A DNA stretch of 31,143 nucleotides from Clostridium sp. SCN 57-10 (lineage in GTDB: Bacteria; Bacillota; Clostridia; Oscillospirales; Butyricicoccaceae), in contig MEFT01000007.1 of NCBI GenBank assembly GCA_001725215.1, positions 1-31,143 on the forward strand, given 5' to 3'. A program made the position numbers and the translations under genes. Shown here piece by piece: positions 16,190 through 23,632 of this stretch (within the stretch, counting starts at the first letter, position 1; each line of letters opens with the position of its first letter). The notes under the pieces are model-generated. The model was not told where the DNA came from. It did not search any database and saw nothing but the letters and a program-made list of their open reading frames with translations.

Positions 16190-17265
16190 TAAAATCCTGC
16201 GATTACATCTGCGTTGAGGGTTTTGATTACCTCAGCCGCGAGCTTAACCGCGTTCTCAAAGTCGTAATAAGTGGCGATGCCGTAGTGCGTATGGATATAG
16301 CGTACGGGGATGCCGACGACGATGGTCGGCACATAGCGGTTAGAGAGATGAATGGGCGCGCCATCGGTCGAGCCGCCGGTACGCACGCCGTCTTGCACGG
16401 GAATGCCGAGTTTTTCGCCGAGCGCAAGTGCATAGCGCTGGAAGCGCGGGTTTGTGATCATGCGCGCGTCGATGTGGCGCAGATACGGGCCTTTTTTGAT
16501 GCGCGTCTGCATGGCGTACTCCTCGCCAAACGTGTCGTCTGCGGGGCAGCCCTCAAACACGATCGCGATGTCGGGCGCAACGGTCTGCGCCGTTACGGTC
16601 GCGCCGCGCGTGCCGACCTCCTCCTGCGTCGACAGCGCGCCGACGACATCGACGGCAAGCGTTTCGTTTTGCAGCTCGTCGAGCGTGCCGATGACGGCGG
16701 CGCAGCCCATGCGGCAGTCAAACGCCTTGCCGATGAGCAGATCGTGCGCTTCGTCATAGGTCAGCGTCACATCGGGCACGATGGGCTCGCCGATGCGGAT
16801 GCGGAAGTTCTCAATGGCATCTTGCGCGCTCGTCGCGCCGATGTCGATTACCATCTGCGACACGTCGGGCGGCGCGGCTTTTTCGGCGGCGCTCATAAAA
16901 TGGGGCGGCTTGCTGGCGATGACGCCGTCAATGTATATGCCGTCCGCGTTGCGCACCTTTACACGGTGCGCAGGAACGTTGCACGGCACCCAGCCGCCCA
17001 GCTCCATGAAGCGCAGCGTGCCGTTCGGCTTGATGGAATGAACCATGAAGCTGACCTCGTCGCTATGCGCGTCAAGCATGACGACGGGGCGAGAGCCCGT
17101 GTTGCCCGCGCGGCGGATATAGAGGTTGCGCATTGCGTCTTCCGTCATGTCGCCAAGCCCTACGGCGTGGCGGCGCGCGGCGTTTACCACCTCGTCTTCA
17201 AAGCCGGATGCTCCGGGTGCGTTCGAAATGTCGGCAATGACGGTAAGATATTTTTTCTTGTCCAA
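16189..17265 (-). CDS. M42-family (TET-like) aminopeptidase
   Basis: LDAHSDEV, GKAFDCRMG, TQEEVGTRGA, GGSTDG, RYIHTH. The likely start is TTG 17265 after AAAGGAG; promoter-like TTGCCA-N17-TATTGT at 17327-17299. Confidence 0.9.
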   Translation of the reverse strand: MDKKKYLTVIADISNAPGASGFEDEVVNAARRHAVGLGDMTEDAMRNLYIRRAGNTGSRPVVMLDAHSDEVSFMVHSIKPNGTLRFMELGGWVPCNVPAHRVKVRNADGIYIDGVIASKPPHFMSAAEKAAPPDVSQMVIDIGATSAQDAIENFRIRIGEPIVPDVTLTYDEAHDLLIGKAFDCRMGCAAVIGTLDELQNETLAVDVVGALSTQEEVGTRGATVTAQTVAPDIAIVFEGCPADDTFGEEYAMQTRIKKGPYLRHIDARMITNPRFQRYALALGEKLGIPVQDGVRTGGSTDGAPIHLSNRYVPTIVVGIPVRYIHTHYGIATYYDFENAVKLAAEVIKTLNADVIAGF

Positions 17266-17371
17266 GCCAATCGCTCCTTTTCCTGTCTGGTTGCCTTTAC
17301 AATAGCACAGAATGCCGTGCATGGCAACGGCAAAGCATGCAAAATGAGCCGTGAAAATCACTCGTTTTTTG

Positions 17372-17400
17372 TTGTGACGATAGTGTACGTGTGGTAGAAT
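17372..17400 (+). promoter_or_regulatory. SigA-type promoter for the dipeptidase operon
   Basis: TTGTGA-N17-TAGAAT with a TG extension. Confidence 0.55.
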
Positions 17401-17440
17401 GGAGACAGCATAAGAAATCAAAAAAAGCAGGAGGATGCTT

Positions 17441-18838
17441 ATGTATCGTCAGGAAATCGAAGCTTATTTTGAGGCGCGGAGAGAGGAAATTGTGAGGCAG
17501 ATCGCGCGGCTCATTCCGTTTCGCAGTGTGCGCGAGGCGCCGCTGCCCGACGCACCCTACGGCGCGGCGTGCCGCGACGTGCTGCTTGAGGCGGCCGATA
17601 TGGCGCGTGAGATGGGCTTTGCGGTGAAAAACTTCGGCAATCAGGTTATTTCCGTCGAGCTGAACGAAAAGCCCGCACAGCTCGGCCTGTTCGCCCACCT
17701 CGATGTGGTGGAGGAGGGACGCGGCTGGACGCGCCCGCCTTATGAGCTGACGCAGCAGGACGGCTGCATCTTCGGACGTGGCACGGCGGACAACAAGGGC
17801 CCCGCCGTCGTTTCGCTCTACGCGCTCAAAGCGGCGCGTGACCTTGGCGGCGCATTTGAACACGGCGCGCGCCTCGTGCTCGGCACGGCGGAGGAGACGG
17901 GGTCGGACGACCTCAAATATTACTTCCCGCTCGAGGCACCCCCTCCCATGAGCTTTTCGCCCGACGCGTTTTACCCTGTGCTCAATGTGGAAAAAGGTCA
18001 ATATTGGCCGGAGTTTGTTGCTTCGTGGGACGTGTGCGCCGACCTGCCGCGCGTTGTGCGCGCCGTCGGCGGCGCAACGCATAACATCATGCCGCGTGAC
18101 GCGTATGCACTTGTCGAGGGCATGGCGGAGTCTGAAGTACGCGGCGCGTGTGACGCGCACCCGCAGGCAGGCGTTACGTTCGCCGTATCGACCGAGGGTG
18201 GCTATATACGCATCGACGCGACAGGCGTCGGCGCGCACGCCTCGAAACCCGACAAGGGAGCAAACGCGCAGACGGCGCTGTGCGCGTTGCTTGCCGCGCT
18301 GCCGCTCGCGCCTCATCCGTCGCGTGACGCGCTGCACAGCCTTGTGCGCCTGTTCCCGCACGGCGACCATTACGGCGCGGCCATCGGCGTCGCGATGAGC
18401 GACGAGGTGTCCGGCCCGCTGACGCTTGTGTTCAGCGTGCTCGACATGGACGAAAAGGGCGTCAGAGCGCAGTTTGACAGCCGCGTTTCCATTTGCGGTA
18501 CCAAAGAAAATGTACAGGACGTGGCCGAGCGCGCGCTTGCAGACGCAGGCTTTGCCGTGCGCGGCAGCGGTCTGCGCGCCGGGCACTATACGCCGGCAGA
18601 CACGCCGCTTGTGCAGACGCTCAACCGCGTATACGAAGACTACACGGGGCTTGCGGGCGGCTGCGTTGCTATCGGCGGCGGTTCGTATCTGCACGATGTC
18701 GAAGGCGGCGTGGTGTTCGGCTGCTCGTTCCCCGGCACGGAAAACCGTATGCACGGGCCCGACGAGTTTGCCGTGGTGGACGAGCTGATTGCCAGCGCGA
18801 AAATGTTCACGCAGGTCATCCTTGATTTGTGCAAATGA
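17441..18838 (+). CDS. Sapep/PepV-like M20 Xaa-His dipeptidase
   Basis: FAHLDVV, GRGTADNKGP, GTAEETG, SPDAFYPVLNVEKG, MHGPDE. RBS GGAGG 6 nt before ATG 17441. Confidence 0.88.
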   Translation: MYRQEIEAYFEARREEIVRQIARLIPFRSVREAPLPDAPYGAACRDVLLEAADMAREMGFAVKNFGNQVISVELNEKPAQLGLFAHLDVVEEGRGWTRPPYELTQQDGCIFGRGTADNKGPAVVSLYALKAARDLGGAFEHGARLVLGTAEETGSDDLKYYFPLEAPPPMSFSPDAFYPVLNVEKGQYWPEFVASWDVCADLPRVVRAVGGATHNIMPRDAYALVEGMAESEVRGACDAHPQAGVTFAVSTEGGYIRIDATGVGAHASKPDKGANAQTALCALLAALPLAPHPSRDALHSLVRLFPHGDHYGAAIGVAMSDEVSGPLTLVFSVLDMDEKGVRAQFDSRVSICGTKENVQDVAERALADAGFAVRGSGLRAGHYTPADTPLVQTLNRVYEDYTGLAGGCVAIGGGSYLHDVEGGVVFGCSFPGTENRMHGPDEFAVVDELIASAKMFTQVILDLCK

Positions 18839-19908
18839 GCGGGACGGTGAAAAAAATCGCCGTCATTGCGGGTGACGGCGTCGGCCCAGAGGTGATCGCC
18901 GAGGGGGTTAAGGCGCTTGAGGAGGTCGCGCGCCAGAGCGGCCTGCGCTTTGCGTTCACTTATTTTCCGTGGGGCTGCGATTATTATTGCGAAACGGGAC
19001 GCATGATGCCCGAAGACGGCATGGACACGCTGGCGGCGTTTGATGCCATCTACCTCGGCGCGGTCGGCAGGCCGGACGTGGCAGACCATATTTCGCTGTG
19101 GGATCTGCTGCTGCGAATTCGCAAGGGCTTTGATCAGTATATCAACCTGCGGCCCGTCAAGCTGCTGCGCGGCGCGCCGTGCCCTCTTTCCGGCGTGGCG
19201 CGTGAGGAGATCGATATGATCGTCGTGCGCGAAAACAGTGAGGGCGAATACGCGGGCGCCGGCTCGTGGCTCTATCGCGGCGCGCCGTACGAGGTCGTTG
19301 TGCAGAACGCGGTGTTTTCGCGCGTCGGGTGCGAGCGCGTCATGCGATACGCGTTCGAGCTGGCGCGGCGCGAGGGGAAAAGCCTTACGAGCGTCAGCAA
19401 GGGCAACGCGCTCAACTATTCCATGGTGTTTTGGGACGAAATGTTCCGCGAGGTCGCGCGCGACTATCCCGATGTGCAGACGCGCGCCTGTCTGGTAGAC
19501 GCCGCAGCCATGTTTTTCGTGCGCGAGCCGAAGCGCTTTGAGGTGGTCGTCACCTCGAACCTGTTCGGTGACATTTTAACCGACCTCGGCGCCGCCATTT
19601 CGGGCGGCATGGGGCTTGCCGCGGGGGCGAACTTAAACCCGGAGCGACGCTATCCCTCCATGTTTGAGCCCATTCACGGCTCCGCGCCCGATCTTGCGGG
19701 CAAGGGCGTGGCCAATCCGCTTGCCTCGGTGTGGGCGGCAAGCCAGATGCTCGACTTTTTCGGCGAGCCGGTCTGGGGTGCGCGGCTGCTGCGCGCCGTT
19801 GAGCGTGTGCTCGAACGAGCCGACTGTCTGACACCGGACTTGGGCGGCACGGCGACGACGGCGCAGGTCGGCGACGCCGTGGTGCGCGCGCTGCGGGAGA
19901 ACGCATGA
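18835..19908 (+). CDS. Tartrate/D-malate dehydrogenase (decarboxylating), isocitrate/isopropylmalate dehydrogenase family
   Basis: IAGDGVGPEV, DHISLWDLLLRIRKGFDQYINLRP, RENSEGEY, KGNAL, SNLFGDILTDL, FEPIHGSAPD. ATGA overlap with the upstream stop. Confidence 0.85.
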   Translation: MSGTVKKIAVIAGDGVGPEVIAEGVKALEEVARQSGLRFAFTYFPWGCDYYCETGRMMPEDGMDTLAAFDAIYLGAVGRPDVADHISLWDLLLRIRKGFDQYINLRPVKLLRGAPCPLSGVAREEIDMIVVRENSEGEYAGAGSWLYRGAPYEVVVQNAVFSRVGCERVMRYAFELARREGKSLTSVSKGNALNYSMVFWDEMFREVARDYPDVQTRACLVDAAAMFFVREPKRFEVVVTSNLFGDILTDLGAAISGGMGLAAGANLNPERRYPSMFEPIHGSAPDLAGKGVANPLASVWAASQMLDFFGEPVWGARLLRAVERVLERADCLTPDLGGTATTAQVGDAVVRALRENA

Positions 19909-20144
19909 TGGCGAACATTAAGCCGGGCCGATGGCGGCATTTCAAGGGCGGCGAATACGAGGTGCTTTTTACGGCGCGCCACTCCGAAACGGAGGAAGAC
20001 ATGGTGGTCTACCGCGCGCTATACGGTGAGGGGGGCGTTTGGGTGCGCCCCGCCGCCATGTGGAACGAAACGGTGACACGCGACGGCGTGATGTTCCCGC
20101 GCTTTCAATACGTGGGAAATGAGGAGGAAAACGGGCATGTATGA
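19905..20144 (+). CDS. DUF1653 domain protein
   Basis: GRWRHFKGGEYEV...ARHSETEEDMVVYRALYG...WVRPAAMW. ATGA overlap with the upstream stop. Confidence 0.88.
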   Translation: MMANIKPGRWRHFKGGEYEVLFTARHSETEEDMVVYRALYGEGGVWVRPAAMWNETVTRDGVMFPRFQYVGNEEENGHV

Positions 20145-21723
20145 TTTGCTCATTCAGGGCGGAACGGTAGTCGACGGCACAGGGCAAAAACCCTACCGCG
20201 CCGATGTGGCCGTGGAAAACGGCATGATCGCGGCGGTTGCGCCGCATATCGACGCAGGGCGTGCGCGCGAGGTGATTGACGCGACGGGTCTTGTCGTCGC
20301 CCCCGGCTTCATCGATATTCATTCACACTCGGACGACGAGTTCCTGAACGACGAGCGGTGTGAAAGCCGCATGTATCAAGGTGTAACGACCGAACTGATG
20401 GGGCAGTGCGGCTTTTCGAATTACCCCTGCCCCGACACGGGGCGCGGCCGTTTCGCTGAGCTGTTTGCAAGCCATGTGCAGCCTTATGCGGGCTGTTCGA
20501 TGGCGGAGTACATCGAAAACGTAACGCGTGCGGGCAAGCGCATGGGCACCAACCTGCTGCCCCTCGTCGGACACGGCACGCTGCGCTGCGGCGTGATGGG
20601 GTGGGAGGATCGCCCGGCAACCGAAGATGAGCTTAAGCAGATGCGCGCGCTGCTTGCACGCGATATGCGCGACGGCGCGTGGGGTATGTCACTCGGCCTC
20701 GGCTATACGCCCGGTGTGTCGAGCACGACGGAAGAGCTGTGCGCCCTTGGCTGTGAGGTCGCACCCTACGGCGGCATCATCACGGCGCACATGCGCAACC
20801 AGAGCGAGCACACCGCACGGTCGATCGACGAGCTTTCGGCCATTTACCGCGCGAGCGGCGTGCATGTGCATATCGCTCACTTCAAGGCGGCGGAAAAGGC
20901 GTGCTGGGGACGCGCACCCGAGTTTGCCGGCTATGTTCGCGCTGCGCAGGCGGCGGGCGTGAACCTGACGGTCGATCTTTATCCGTACACGGCGGCGGCG
21001 TCTGACATTACAAACTCGTTCCCCCACTGGGCGATTCAGGGCGGCAAAAAGCGTGCGCTTGAGCGCGCGGCGGGTCCGGAGCGCGCGCGGCTGATTGAAG
21101 ACATCTCCAAGGAGTTTGCCACGCTTGAGGACGGCGACAACCTGATCGTGGTGTCGACCTATGGCCTTGCGCCCGAGTGCGACGGTAAAACGGCGCGTGA
21201 GTTGGCGCTTGCATGGGGTGTTTCGGCGGCGGAGGCCGTCGTCATGATCGCCGAGCGGTCAAACGCCGACGCGTCGTGCGTCTCCTTCCTCATGAGCGAG
21301 TCCGACGTCGACTACCTGCTTTCGCAGAACGATTTCTGCATCGGCAGCGACGGACGCTCGTTTTCTGTTCGCCCCGAGCTCAACAACGGCAAGCCGCACC
21401 CGCGCAACTTTGCCACATTCCCGCGCTTTCTGCGCCTTGCGCGCGAGCGCAACCTGTGCGGCCTTGCGACAGCTGTACGCCGTATCACCGGCCTTTCGGC
21501 CGACACGATCGGTCTGAACGACCGCGGTTATGTGAAAGAGGGCTTTGTCGCCGATCTCACGGTGTTCGACCCCGAGCGCATCACCGACCGCGCGACCTAT
21601 CTTGACCCGTTTGCGCCCAACGAGGGCATTGAGCATGTCGTGATGAACGGCGCGCTTGCCCTGAGGAACGGAAAGCAGACCGCGCTGCGCGCGGGGCACT
21701 TCCTACTTAAGGGGCGGGGTTGA
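20137..21723 (+). CDS. N-acyl-D-amino-acid deacylase (D-aminoacylase) family amidohydrolase
   Basis: GGTVVDGTG, PGFIDIHSHSD, GQCG, AHMRN, HIAHFK, IGSDG, HPRNFATFPR, ADLTVFDP. RBS GAGGAGG before ATG 20137. Confidence 0.88.
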   Translation: MYDLLIQGGTVVDGTGQKPYRADVAVENGMIAAVAPHIDAGRAREVIDATGLVVAPGFIDIHSHSDDEFLNDERCESRMYQGVTTELMGQCGFSNYPCPDTGRGRFAELFASHVQPYAGCSMAEYIENVTRAGKRMGTNLLPLVGHGTLRCGVMGWEDRPATEDELKQMRALLARDMRDGAWGMSLGLGYTPGVSSTTEELCALGCEVAPYGGIITAHMRNQSEHTARSIDELSAIYRASGVHVHIAHFKAAEKACWGRAPEFAGYVRAAQAAGVNLTVDLYPYTAAASDITNSFPHWAIQGGKKRALERAAGPERARLIEDISKEFATLEDGDNLIVVSTYGLAPECDGKTARELALAWGVSAAEAVVMIAERSNADASCVSFLMSESDVDYLLSQNDFCIGSDGRSFSVRPELNNGKPHPRNFATFPRFLRLARERNLCGLATAVRRITGLSADTIGLNDRGYVKEGFVADLTVFDPERITDRATYLDPFAPNEGIEHVVMNGALALRNGKQTALRAGHFLLKGRG

Positions 21724-21748
21724 CAGCGGCGCCGCGCCGCGCTATGAT
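21720..21748 (+). promoter_or_regulatory. SigA promoter for the ABC-F gene, overlapping the upstream stop codon
   Basis: TTGACA-GCGGCGCCGCGCCGCGC(17)-TATGAT. Confidence 0.75.
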
Positions 21749-21777
21749 AATAAAAGCGAAATGAAAGAGGTGGAAGG

Positions 21778-21798
21778 ATGCGTCATATTTCTCGATAA
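21778..21798 (+). CDS. Putative leader peptide MRHISR (uORF)
   Basis: AGAGGTGGAAGG-ATG CGT CAT ATT TCT CGA TAA, about 25 nt after the predicted transcription start. Confidence 0.6.
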   Translation: MRHISR

Positions 21799-21916
21799 CG
21801 GATTGCACAGACAGGCTTTGGCGGCATTGGCCGCAGCTTTGCTGTGCCCGCGCGAGAAAGTGACGTACCCGCTTCCATCCGGTGACAGCCCGCTACGGGC
21901 TGCCGTTTGTGTGTTT

Positions 21917-21949
21917 GCTGCGGGGAAGTGTGCTTTCCCGCAGCTTTTT
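21917..21949 (+). terminator. Attenuator terminator in the ABC-F 5' leader
   Basis: GCTGCGGGGAAG-tgtg-CTTTCCCGCAGC-TTTTT, directly upstream of the ABC-F RBS (CAGGAGG). Confidence 0.75.
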
Positions 21950-21968
21950 AATGCACAGGAGGCAATTT

Positions 21969-23429
21969 ATGTCACAAATTAAAATTTCGGAGCTCACCTT
22001 TGCCTATGATGGCAGCTATGACAATGTATTCGACAAAGCGTCGGTACAGCTCGACACGGCGTGGAATCTCGGGCTGATCGGGCGCAACGGACGGGGCAAA
22101 ACCACGCTGCTGCGGCTGCTTTGCGGCGCGCTTGACGCACACGGAGCCATTTCGGCAAGCGTATCGTTCGAGTATTTTCCCTATGCGGTGATCGATATGT
22201 CGCGCGCGGCGCGCGAGGTGGCGCAGGAAATCGCAGGCCATACCGAGCCGTGGCGACTCGCGCGCGAGCTTTCGCTGCTCGGTGTGCCCGAGGAGGCGCT
22301 CGAGCGGCCGTACGAAACATTAAGTCATGGTGAGCGCACCAAGGTGCAGCTTGCGGCATTTTTCGTACGCGACAACTCATTTCCGCTGCTCGACGAGCCG
22401 ACCAACCACCTTGACGCCGAGGGGCGCGCGCTCGTGGCGCGGTATCTCAAAAGCAAAAGCGGCTTTCTACTCGTATCGCACGATCGCGATTTTCTCGATG
22501 CGTGCGTCGACCATGTGCTTGCCATCAACAAAACGGGGTTTGAGCTGCAAAACGGCAATTTTTCATCTTGGAATGAAAATCGTATGGAGCAAGACGCGCG
22601 CGAGCAAGCGGAAAACGAGCGACTGCGCGGCGAAATGCGCCGCTTGACCGACGCGGCGCGTCGTGCTGCCACATGGTCTGATAAAACGGAGAGCACCAAA
22701 AAAAGCGCGGCGGACAGCGGCTTTGTGGGGCATAAAGCCGCGAAAATGATGAAGCGGTCAAAAAATATTGAACGCCGGCGCAACGAAGCAGCCGAGCGAA
22801 AAGGCGAGCTGCTGCACGATATCGAAACAGCCGAACCGCTCAAGCTGTGGCCCGTTGCGTTTCATTCCGACCGCTTATTTGAGGTAAATGCGCTGTCGCC
22901 CTGCTATGGCGGACGCTCCGTGTGCGAACCGCAGAGCTTTGCCGTGCGGCGCGGGGACCGCCTGCGCCTTGCGGGCGGAAACGGCAGCGGCAAGTCGAGT
23001 GTGCTGCGCCTGTTCGCCGGTGAGCAGGGGGACTATACGGGTGAGTTGTGGCGCGCCGCTGGGCTTACCGTTTCGTATATGCCGCAGAGTACGGCGCATC
23101 TGCGCGGCACGCTGCGCGACTATGCCGAGGCGTGCGCCGTGGATGAAACGCTGTTTCTTTCCATTCTGCGCAAGCTTGATTTTGCGCGCCTCATGTTTGA
23201 AAAGGATATGCGTGATTACAGTGAGGGACAGCGCAAGAAAGTGCTGCTGGCGCGCAGTCTTTGCGAGCGGGCGCACGTATATCTGTGGGATGAGCCGCTC
23301 AACTATATCGATGTATTCTCGCGTATGCAGATCGAAGACCTGTTGCGCGACTATGCGCCGACGATGGTGTTCGTCGAGCATGACGAGGCGTTTGCCCGCG
23401 CCGTTGCAACGAAAACCATTCGCCTTTAG
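21969..23429 (+). CDS. ABC-F ribosomal protection ATPase, Lsa/CplR-like
   Basis: MSQIKISELTFAYDGSYDNVF, GRNGRGKTT, LLDEPTNHLD, linker GFVGHKAAKMMKRSK, GGNGSGKSS, WDEPLNYID. No TM segments; 486 aa. Confidence 0.88.
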   Translation: MSQIKISELTFAYDGSYDNVFDKASVQLDTAWNLGLIGRNGRGKTTLLRLLCGALDAHGAISASVSFEYFPYAVIDMSRAAREVAQEIAGHTEPWRLARELSLLGVPEEALERPYETLSHGERTKVQLAAFFVRDNSFPLLDEPTNHLDAEGRALVARYLKSKSGFLLVSHDRDFLDACVDHVLAINKTGFELQNGNFSSWNENRMEQDAREQAENERLRGEMRRLTDAARRAATWSDKTESTKKSAADSGFVGHKAAKMMKRSKNIERRRNEAAERKGELLHDIETAEPLKLWPVAFHSDRLFEVNALSPCYGGRSVCEPQSFAVRRGDRLRLAGGNGSGKSSVLRLFAGEQGDYTGELWRAAGLTVSYMPQSTAHLRGTLRDYAEACAVDETLFLSILRKLDFARLMFEKDMRDYSEGQRKKVLLARSLCERAHVYLWDEPLNYIDVFSRMQIEDLLRDYAPTMVFVEHDEAFARAVATKTIRL

Positions 23430-23447
23430 CCCGGCGACCAATAAGCA

Positions 23448-23490
23448 AAGCCAAGCTCCCCGTTCCTTTGCGGAACGGGGAGCTTGGCTT
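23448..23490 (+). terminator. Strong hairpin terminator
   Basis: AAGCCAAGCTCCCCGTTCC-tttgc-GGAACGGGGAGCTTGGCTT, a 19-bp stem. Confidence 0.8.
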
Positions 23491-23591
23491 ATCGAAAAAG
23501 CCCCAGGGACTTAACGCATTTTGCCTTTTGTGTGACATGTGCGGCAAAAGAACACTATAGCCCACCATTTTTTAAAAATCGGCGAACGAGC

Positions 23592-23617
23592 GAAATAGCC
23601 GCCGCAGAAGCGGCGGC
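23592..23617 (-). terminator. Probable terminator of the c-di-GMP gene
   Basis: GCCGCCGC-ttct-GCGGCGGC-TATTT on the minus strand, 15 bp after the stop. Confidence 0.55.
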
Positions 23618-23632
23618 AAAGGGAAATTGATA

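Noticed and set aside
18835-19908. leuB (3-isopropylmalate dehydrogenase) call
   Set aside because: SLWDLLLRIRKGFDQY and KGNAL match the tartrate/D-malate clade, and there are no leuACD genes nearby.
21761-21982. 73-aa ORF in the ABC-F leader, and the ORF-track start at 21882
   Set aside because: Neither has a protein motif or a good RBS. The region is better explained by the 6-codon uORF and terminator, with the ABC-F start at 21969 after CAGGAGG.
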